From positions 3,162,001-3,226,000 of the forward strand of contig CM060731.1 in NCBI GenBank assembly GCA_030704615.1: 64,000 nucleotides of DNA, in the 5' to 3' direction. The notes beneath the pieces were generated by a model. That model had not been told where the DNA came from. It did not search any database and was given only the letters and a program-made list of their open reading frames with translations. Position 1 is the first letter of the stretch. The number at the start of each line of letters is the position of its first letter. The DNA comes from Takakia lepidozioides. Lineage: Eukaryota > Plantae > Bryophyta. Positions 54,659 to 64,000 of this stretch are shown piece by piece. Position numbers and translations under genes: made by a program.

Positions 54659-57600
54659 ATGTCGGGTCGGGGAGGCCGTGGGCGTGGGCGCTTTGGGCGC
54701 GGGTATAGGCCGGGAGGACGTGATGAAGATGGCAATGCCATCGTTCCCAAAAAACGCGACGGACCTCCTCCTCTTTTTCCAGTACGTGTCCTTCCCCATC
54801 TTCCTTCAGTATCTAATACTAGGGGATTTAACGTGGAGCCAAGAATTTGGATCTTTGAAGTCGGTCACTTGGAGGGCTCTCCATGTCAATTATGTATGCA
54901 TTCCCACACAGTTCATTCGGCGTTTCGAAATAAAGTAGAGAAACGTACTGAGAAGGGCCACAGGAAAATTCTCTCTGTCCGTGCTCGTCTTGGCCGCAAC
55001 GAGTAAATAGCTTCGTGTAAGCAGAGAGCCAGAATCAGGCCATGCCTGTTACTCATCCTCTAAGCAAATTAGCCGATCAATATGCCCACAATTTGGCAGC
55101 ATTCATGCTGGTACTACTTGAGTCATTATCTGGATTGACAATTCAATTGGTTTACAACACATTGCCAGTGAATTAAGAGGCCACGCCACGCCACGCGACA
55201 TGTGGTTCTGGGTTTCAGCTGCACATAGGCCATGGGTTACCGCAGCGTCAGTGGGAGCTTTGTCTCCCTGTCTACCTTCTGTACACTTTACAATTTGAGA
55301 ATTTTCTAACCCATAAGCTTGGGGTTGGGAGTATGCAGAAATTGGAGCAGCTTCCAGATTGGCCAGAGATTACTCCAAAGGAGGAAATGCTGTTAAAACG
55401 ACGTCGACAGTTGGAAACAGCCTGGAATGCATCACCTTACTACATCGAAAAACCTAAGGAAAAGACTGGTATGCAGTTTCCAGAATTTAGAAAGGAATTG
55501 AAGGGTTCAACTTGTCTGTGTCAAAAGGGAAACCTGCTACCCCAACACCAGTCTTGATATGAGGAACGTTCTAATTGTGTGTAATACTTTGCAATCTAGC
55601 AGGGCATCTAAGACAACCTGTGCTCTCTTGTTGTCATCCATGGTTATCTTTGTGTTTTCTAAAGGATCAGACTGAGCAACTTTTAGTTGCATTCACAAGA
55701 TGAGTCACTTGGAGCTGTTGTCCAACTGCATTTTCTCATGGTTGCTGCAGTGGGGATCGCGGCTGAAATAGAGCGCTATTCAGATCGATACAGGGGGAAT
55801 GTCCGAGATCGACCTCCTCTGTCATCTTTCCTCAAATTGGCCCCTGCCCATTTCCCAGCCGAATTGGTTCAAGGTGATATTTCACCCCCCACCCTCCCAC
55901 CTCTCTGTCTGTCCCTCTCAAAAACCCAGAAATCAAACACACGCCCTATTAAGGCTGCAGCTCTCTCCCTAGCTCGGATTGGTTGCAGTCCGAGAGTCCA
56001 TGCTGTTGTCTGTGTGGTGGTTTTTGAGTAAATGCAAAGAAGGTGGAGTGGTCGTTTTTACTCTTTTCTATACTAATCTGATTTTAATCATAACCAGGTC
56101 GCGGTCGTGGACGGGGCGCTCAGACAGCAGGATCTGCACAATGGACACTGCAGACAAACACAAATGGTGAGGTTTTGAACCAAGCTGATTCTTTGGAAGA
56201 GTATAGTTGCCTTCTTTTTTGTCTCTGTAATCAACGCAAGGGAGCATGGCAGGCACAGGTCACACTAGAAAATGTTTCGAACACGAGTTCATATTGAACA
56301 AAAGTGCCACAAGAAATGAAAGGAAATGAAATGGTACTTATAACGTCCGTGGAAAGCTCAAAGAGCTTATGGGACAAAATGGAAAAAAACAAGAGAGAGG
56401 AGACAAAACCAGGGCCAAAAAGCAGCCCAAAAGCAACTACTGCTCAAGGGATTGCCTAAGGGTCAAGGCCTCGTGCAGGTAAGCTGCCAAGCATTTCTGA
56501 TCCTCATGATGGAAGACTCCAGTGAGAGTTTGAGTTCCATGGAATAGACAGTGAAATCTCCCACGGATCGAAGTGTTCTTCAGTTCAATTTCCTGGTTGC
56601 GCCCGGTGCAAGCTGGCCATAGGCGGTCCTCCCGTTGCAGGTTTTCCCATCTACCAGTCTCTATCCGTAGATTGTGGGAGCCCACCCTGAACCACTCCAA
56701 TGCCCTCAGGAGGGAAGGAGATAAAGGCACTGAACGGTAGTTGGGCCTCAAGCTTCTATCATCACGGAGAACCAAGAATGTCTCCCGATAGAAATGGAGT
56801 TTTGTTGTGAGAATGGGTAGCATCCAAGTTCTCCTGATTTGTTCGAAGGTAGGCTTCCCGCCCTGAGTTTAAAATTTCAGTCTAGTGCCAAGGGTAGATA
56901 GGCCCTTGAGATCATCCTTAAGGTCCTCGCCCATGTCATAGACTGGAAACAAGTTCAGGCAGGTATTATGCCTAACTTCATTTTCATCAGACAGTCTTTG
57001 GGCATCAGACATGGGTGTCCAGGTCAGCTTCATCCAGTAGGGTCAATTCTTCTAGACTGATATTCAGATACGTAAAAATCTCTTCTACCCTTTTCCGCCA
57101 AGACTTAGCCTGTTTAACAGGACGGTCTTCTTCCAAGAAATAGCATCGATTACCTTAGGGTATCTGGTACTAGGCATGCAATTCAACTGACCCCACCATC
57201 TGGCCTTGAATTCATCACGTCGAGATCTTAAGGGATAGGCCAAACTCGCCCCGAACAGCTACATTAGCTGTTCTAAAACAAGCCAACATGCTTTCTTTGA
57301 GCCCCACAACCTAAATGGATTGTAGTGATCTAGCATGATGGAAATTGTTGACCCACACATTGCAAACCATGGTCCTTCAACTTCAGTATTAAGCCCTCTG
57401 CAGTGGAAAAATTTAGTGAGCCCCAAAGCTTTGCGTTTAGCTGATTGAATCACTTTTTGTATATGGGCATCCCAGTTACAGTTGGGGGAAAACTCAACGG
57501 AGAGAGATAGATAGATACCCAGAGGTAGAAATACATTCTAGAGGCGAATTTGACTGGATGGAGGGAAAATACAGGATAATTCTCATATTTTTGTGGCTGA

Positions 57601-60600
57601 TTGTGTAATCTCTGGATGCTTGCTTCACAGATCTTCGCAGGCTGGACCGGCTCGCATCACTTGAACAAAGGAACAGTCAAATGGGAAATGATGTAGGGTG
57701 CCAGTGTCACTCATCCATTTTCCTTTGCTAAGATGCATGTTGATTTCCTCACACATGCTCTCTCACGTCATACACAATGCATGCTGTCTCTCTGTCTTTC
57801 TCTCTCTCAAGCAATTTTTTTTTTTTTTTCTCTCTCAAGCAATGTTCCACCCAAACTGGGCGCGGGGTCTATGGCCACAAGGCTACGCAAACAGCGTCTT
57901 AAAGGATGGTTTGTTCACATCTGTCATATTGTGCTCGAATTTAGGGTGCTGTCCTCAATTAATCAAGTTCAAATTACCAGATGCATATAAAGCTTACAAT
58001 GTGTGCTGGAACACCAGGGATACACTCTTAGGTTGGGCGTTGCTTGTCCTCAAGTGTGTGTCTCAAAAGAGGGCTTCTAAATGCTAGTTTTGATATTGTA
58101 TTTGTTGTACTCTAGGAGAAAAGTGGGAAAGAAGAGGAAGAGAAGAAGGCAGGAGAGGGGGAGGGCGAGGGCGAGGGAGACGAAGAACAGCTTGAGGATG
58201 AGGAGGAAGATCTTGAGGATGACTATGCTCAGGTGTCCTCCGATTTCATTGATGAGTTTGCGGATTCCTTCTATATCGTGTCTCATGGTTTCATCAAACA
58301 ACATTGTGACGAAGACATACTAGGGTTGCGTATCTCTCTTGTTTGTTTCCCTATGTAAACTCCAGAATTGTCAAGAAAAGAAGTTACCACCTAGTGGTTG
58401 AGTACCCTTGTTAGTTGGCGTTAGAGGCATGGGTAGTCCATTTCCGGGTCTACAGACAGGGTAACCCTCAAAACCTAATCCAGCCTTGAGGCGTTCAAGA
58501 TCATCAACATTGCAGGCGGCCTGCCTCGATCTAGGCCACCTGCTGAACAGTGACCTCTAGCACTGTGACGTAAGCACAGAAATTGCGACAGAAGTGGAGA
58601 TCAGTTTGCTAGAGTTGGTTTGTATGTGACGCTCCAGATTGTGATCTTAAAACTTTGTCATTGGGTGTCATACCCACTAGCTCGATGTTAGGAATCTGCT
58701 ATTATCATGGCAATGATCATTGATTATTACAGGCAACTTGCTATGTGGTTGGCTGAGGGGGAATCTGTGGTGGTGTGGGATAGAATTATGGATTTGATGA
58801 TGATGATGAATACGACATGGATGATGGTGGTGGTGAAGATGGTATGTCACGGTTTCAATCCATACAGATTTTAACCCTTCGTCTTCATGCTTTCATGGTT
58901 TATGTTGAATAGAGCTGGTCAGGGGAGAGGATGGGCATTAAAATGGTATCTTTCAGGCAAAAATTCAGACCAGGTTGTTTATTGTTTCCACAGTCCCAAA
59001 GGGCTTATGGAAGCAAATAATGTTCTCATGCCATTCCCTGCGAGTGTTGGCTTGCCATAGCCTTACTGCTTATGGAAGTAAAGAGAGAGAGAGAGAGAAT
59101 GTACTCATAAGACGTTGTTTGCCGTAGCCTTGTGGCCATTGACCCCGCGCTCAGTTTGAGTGGAACATAGAGATTGTACTCATAAGACGTTGTTTGCCGT
59201 AGCCTTGTGGCCATTGACCCCGCGCCCAGTTTGAGCGGGAACAAAAGGGACAGAACCTATCTCTGTCAGGGGCTGACGTTGGTAGTAAGACTTACCTCCA
59301 TATAAAGAATTAATCCGGGTTTTCCAGATATCCTCTAGAAATCCCTTCACACAAGCATCAATCTGCTGTGTGTGATTTGCCCAAAAACTAGGCCTCAGGA
59401 GGGCCTGGGCTTTTGGCTCAGCCTCGAGACTTTCAAAGTTGGTAAACAGGGGTACAGGCACAATTCCCTTAATAGATTTGAAGAGAGCGTCTCTTTGGTG
59501 AGAGAACCCCGGACAGTGTATCAGAAAATGAATACTGTCTTCAGATTGCCCACACAACGGGCAATTGCACTCTCCCTTTCCTCTCTGCTTCTGTTTGCTG
59601 TACAAAGGTAGGCTTCCTGCCCTGAGTTTAAATTTCATCTAGTGCGAGAGTGGGTAGACCCTTGAGGTCATCCAAGATGTCCTCCCAAACGTCACAGACT
59701 GGAAACAAGTTCAGGGAAGTTTTCTGCCTAACTTCATTTTCATCAGACAATCTCATGGCAACAGACATGGCTGAGGACACGACAGCCTCTAAGTCAGATT
59801 TATCCAGCAGGGTCAAGACTTGCGGATCCAGGTCCAGGTCCTTGAGGATCTCTTCTACTCTCTTCTGCCAGGACTTAGCCTGTTTGACAGGGCGGTCCTG
59901 TTTCCAAGATATAGAGTCGATTAACTTAGGATATCTGGTGTTGGGCATATGTTGCAGCTGACCCCACCATCTGACCTTGAATTCATCTCGTCGGGAGCTT
60001 AAGGACGGAATGCCAAACTCACCCCGAACAGCCACATTGGCTGTTTTGGAGCATGCTGACATACACTCCTTAAGCACCCCCACTTGAATGGATTCTAGAG
60101 ACTTAGCCTGGTTGGAGTTATCAACCCATATAGCAGATCCGTACTCCAAGGCAGGTCTAATAACGCGACAAAGCATGGTTTTCTTGACCTCAGAGTTGAC
60201 CCCTCTGCAGTGGAAAAATTTAGTGAGCCCCAGAGCTTTGCCCTTGCCAGTTTGAACAACTTTCCGGATATGTGCATCCCAATTACAATTGGAGGAGAAC
60301 TCAACGCCCAGGTAAGTGTAGGAAGGGAGGACCGGGATCTCTTGGCTACCCCACTGCCACTTAAGATCACTTCCTCCCTCTCCTCTGTCGTTGAACATAG
60401 ACAGAACATAGAGAGAGAGAGAGAGAGAGAGAGGGATGGAGAGAATGTTTCCTTTGACGGTTCCCGGACATTACCTTCAGGGGACAGTCAGGGTATGTGT
60501 GACAACCTGCACATTTGTAGTGCTTAACCACATCCCACTACAATCCTGTTATAGAACTCGTGTTTGATGGACAGACAGGTATAGACATCATCCTAGAGAA

Positions 60601-60789
60601 TAGTGTCTTTCCAGCATACTGCTCTATTAACTTGCTTACAGATGTGAGACAGTGAGTCACCCCATTTGTAGATGACCGCTTAATATTTCAATGTGAGCCC
60701 TTCTGTGTCCTGTGCTCTGATAGTGTGCAGCTAGTATGCTGGCTAATTTTTGAGACGCTTTTTTTGGGGCAGAGGGAGCCACCTACTAA
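54659..60789 (+). CDS. RNA polymerase III subunit RPC7/C31 (POLR3G-like), multi-exon
   Basis: RG-rich N-terminus, PPPLFP, W..SPYY, IERYSDRY, HFPAELV, L..LE, acidic C-terminus ...DDYAQ|NYGFDDDDEYD...|EGATY*. Confidence 0.88.
56315..56830 (-). mobile_element. LINE 3' remnant (RTE-X/CR1-like C-terminus) in an RPC7 intron
   Basis: FRVGSHNLRIETGRW...REDRL..C...IRGRFHCLF; 3' tail (CATTT)n. Confidence 0.75.
56845..57498 (-). mobile_element. Decayed copy of the LINE at 59098-60400
   Basis: Colinear similarity to ~59608-60307; for example CCCCTCTGCAGTGGAAAAATTTAGTGAGCCCCA occurs in both. Confidence 0.85.
57843..57900 (+). mobile_element. Short 3'-end copy of the same LINE family, opposite orientation
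   Basis: GTTCCACCCAAACTGGGCGCGGGGTCTATGGCCACAAGGCTACG closely matches the reverse complement of the 59100-59245 units. Confidence 0.75.
59098..60400 (-). mobile_element. 5'-truncated non-L1 LINE (CR1/L2/RTE-X-like RT thumb plus C-terminal Zn knuckle) with duplicated 3' end, embedded in (GA)n
   Basis: YTYLGV..NWDAHI...IRPALEYGSAIW...G..SLSSRR; CPLC..EDSIHFLIHCP; 3' unit repeated at 59098-59165 and 59176-59242; GA microsatellites on both flanks. Confidence 0.85.
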
Positions 60790-62021
60790 AATGCTGCAGA
60801 AGGATTAATCGTGGAAAGGCCAATTTGTGACTGCAAGCCCGCCACTTGCTCATGTCACCAAGGTACCCTTAATTTCCATCTTCAAAAACTCACTGACCTA
60901 GAATTGACACTGGGTTCAAGGTACAGGGTTGTCTGAGTAACACTGTTAACATAATGGTAGTTGAGATTGTGTCATTAATTTGCTGCAATACCTTCAGTTT
61001 GTCATAAATCGTGGGCTTTCCCTGTAAGAGAGGGTCAAGTTCTCCATAGTGGAACCAGGAAATTCAGCTCATTGAGAAATCTTGGTTGGTCAGTTTTCTG
61101 AGACTGTTCCTGATTGTGGTATCCACTCGATCAAGCAGCCATGTGTGACCATGAGGCAAACTTACAGTTTTTGAGCCGCCTTGTTGTGGGATACAGTTGT
61201 TAGGAATCTTAAGTTCACAAGCAGCCGTAAGTTATTTATGTTTATCCAATGTGTTGCTGCTTAAGATGGACCACCAATCTTGTTCGATGAGAGGATGAGA
61301 CAACAGTTTGTGAGACAAAAATTTGCGAGACAACAGTTTTACTGATTTGGTGGAATTTGCAGCGATTCTATCTATCGGAGAAATCTCGTGGGTTAGCTCA
61401 AGAAAGTCTCCAGTCCTAATTGTTATTCAGGTTCTGGGCGTGCAAGTTCTGGGCGTGCAAGTCAAGGCTCACCATGGTACAATCCTGTTGTTTGCAGGGG
61501 ACTGCAAGGATGATGTAGTTCATCTGAGCTGTATGAAGTGCCCGATGTCATAGTGTTGGAAAAGAAGGCTGAATTTGTGAGCTGGCTGGCTTTTCTAGAG
61601 ATGATTGCAGCACAAGGTTACCTTTCAATTGATTATATTCAAGCAAGTTCAATTCAATTATCAATAGCTCAGTTACAGCTGTTGGATGGCATTCACCTTC
61701 CATACAAAAGGTGGTAGACTTTTAACTAGGTGACACCATAATTTATGCTTGCAAACAAGACTACTTTTTTTCTTGATCTTTTTCTTTTTGGGGGATTTGA
61801 GTTGTTTGGATAGAAGTTAGAAACTGGTTACTCTGGTTGATGGTAGAAGGGATTGACTTTCCCAGAGAAAGTGAAGAGAGAACTTGTGCATGATTGGAAA
61901 GAACTCTTGATACTCTTGGATACTGTCAGGAATCTAGAATTGAGAACAAGTGTAACTAATAGCATACCCTACAGCTGGCCTCTTTGCCTAGGGTTTTTAA
62001 CATGCACATGGTCATGACTTC

Positions 62022-64000
62022 TCAAAGCACTGACATAGCTTGAGTTTGGGATTTGGGAGGCAAGACATGATAATGAATTAGCCGGCGTTCCTCCCCACCC
62101 ACTGTAATGGGCCATTTCTTGTCAGCCCTCATGTGCAAAGCCCGTGTTACAAAGGGATTTCCACTAAGAACATAAACATCAGCGTGGCTACATTGTGATT
62201 TCAGAAACCTACCGAGTGCTTGCCATGTGGCACCCAACCACTCCTCATCATCCCTAAACAGGCACATCCAACCCCAAAGCGTACTCTTAGTGCAGGCCAC
62301 CTATTAGCAGAAACTAGCCACATACCATCCAGCCTGCCCAGGAACCTGTCCATGCTTCAGGTTCTTGATGCATCTGACGGAGCACCATATGTAGAAATGA
62401 AACAGCTATGCACAACAGTAACAGACATCCTGCTACATTTGGACATGAGTTGATGGAACAGCCGGCACTATAACATTCAAATAGTTACTTCTGCAGACTC
62501 CATCGTTTGACATTCTGCAAACTTCCAAATTTGACATTAAAAACGTTAGTGCTAGAGAGTTGAGATACACCAAAAATTCATGTAGCTTTGTTTGGGCCAG
62601 AAGAGGGGAATCAGGGAAAGAGAGAAACCTTGAGTCAGCAAGGCGAGAGCCCCAGGGAGGATTGACAACCACCAGAGAAGGGACTATGGGAGGACAATAC
62701 AACCGGCAGTCCTTGCAGCTCAGTTCAAGCATATCACGCACGCCCGCGGACTGAGCATCGCGGTCACACAGGGACAATGCCCCCTCATGGATGTCATTGC
62801 CTAGCAGTCGTAAACTCGATACGGGGATTTGAGCTGCAGCAGCATCCTCTCTACATCTCTTCCATGCTTGTTCATCGAAGTCATGCCATGTCTGGCATCA
62901 AGATAAGTCGATATCTTTGTGAGGTGTAATCTGCATACCTAAACTAACTGAAGATGAAAAATTAACCATCCCAATTGCAAGCAGACTTAGCTGCTAAGAA
63001 AACATGCAAATGATCACCTGAGCACCTAACCTACCCAGCTCCTCCTCTCTAACCCAGTGTAGCAGGCATGGGCCAAAAAAATAAACATAGCATGCTCTTC
63101 CTGTGTGCCAGTTTTGCCACAACAAAGTCCCAACTACAAGGAGAACACACTGTCACCTTCTGTCTGGAGTGAAAGAACTCTCGAGGCATTGCTGTCATGC
63201 GACAGCATTCAAAACTCTATCCTAATCTAGGTCTGTTTTTTTCACAGTGTTGGAGCAAGATCTCATGGTGGACAAGAAAATACCTGGAAGGGCCAATGGG
63301 ACCGCATCAAACCTGGGGCGATGTTCTGAGCCATGAGAGCAGCCTCTATTAAAAACGTGCCAGACCCACACATTGGATCCAGAAGAACCCGTTCCTCTCC
63401 AAGGTCGTTCACGTTGGCACCTCCAAAGCTGGGCATGGCCTGATTCCAGCCAGCCATTGTCAAAACTGCAGCCGCAATCCCCTCATTTAAGCTTGCCTTG
63501 TGCATCACATCCCGGTAACCCCTCTTATGCAGACTGACACCACTCAAATCTCTGTAGAGAACAGCGGAATCCCTATATAGCGACAAAAATAAGGGCACGT
63601 CAGCGCTAGAACCCCCTTCCGCTGGTGGCTCTGGTCTGATGCCTCCGCAGGCATCCCGGATGGCATCGCAGATTGCATCCTTCGCTCTAGTGGATGCAAA
63701 CATAGAATTGGTCACATCGGAGCAATCCGAGACCCTACTTTGGACAGCGAAATTTCGAAATCTCCATTTGCCTCCAAACTGGCTCCCTGCAGCCTGTCCC
63801 ACCGTGCCCTCATTCCCCTCACTTTTCCGAGTGCCAGCATCATAATTCATCGGATCCTCTCTACTAGAACTAAGTTTCCCAGAGCGGCGCGCAGTAAATC
63901 GGGACTTAGAGGAGGCCGACGGAACCTTGGAACTGGAATTCGAATCCACCGGGGGTCCGTCATCAACAAGGAGTGCAGGCCAATCTGCAGCATCTCGAAC
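62022..64000 (-). CDS. THUMP-domain RlmL-type (m2G) RNA methyltransferase, 5' part outside the window
   Basis: AKDAICD, LYRDLSGVSLHKRGYR, LNEGIAAAVL, LLDPMCGSGTFLIEAA, GNDIH and VVNPPWGSRL; stop at 62022-62024. Confidence 0.9.

Noticed and set aside
59098-59245. Repeat-spacer pattern resembling a CRISPR array
   Set aside because: Only two units, both LINE 3' ends, in a eukaryotic intron; no cas genes.

Overview
Eukaryotic, intron-rich genomic DNA from a land plant, most consistent with a non-seed plant such as a bryophyte (inference from gene content, PLS-E PPR fragments and TE types). Intact spliced genes: a fungal-like NTF2-fold protein (+), TIM44 (-), a two-LIM protein (+), an intronless secreted tandem-EG16/GH16 protein (-), RPS26 (+), a plastid-type coiled-coil membrane protein (-), a TET/JBP-like Fe(II) dioxygenase (-), RUVBL1/RVB1 (-), Pol III subunit RPC7/C31 (+), and the 3' part of a THUMP/RlmL-type RNA methyltransferase (-). 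Mobile DNA: a decayed Ty3/gypsy element with a tRNA-Ala-like PBS and a dUTPase-like domain, internally inverted and nested in a hAT MITE with a perfect 8-bp TSD; a second hAT MITE; a tRNA-derived SINE; an L1 3' fragment; two non-L1 LINE families with microsatellite tails; and a mosaic of gene fragments at 1.4-5.6 kb. The best candidate for an undescribed system is the TET/JBP-like gene (43920-45418). Its three core exons splice in frame and keep the HxD...H iron triad, but the usual 2-oxoglutarate-binding Arg appears to be replaced. All family assignments come from motif recognition by eye; no database searches were run.
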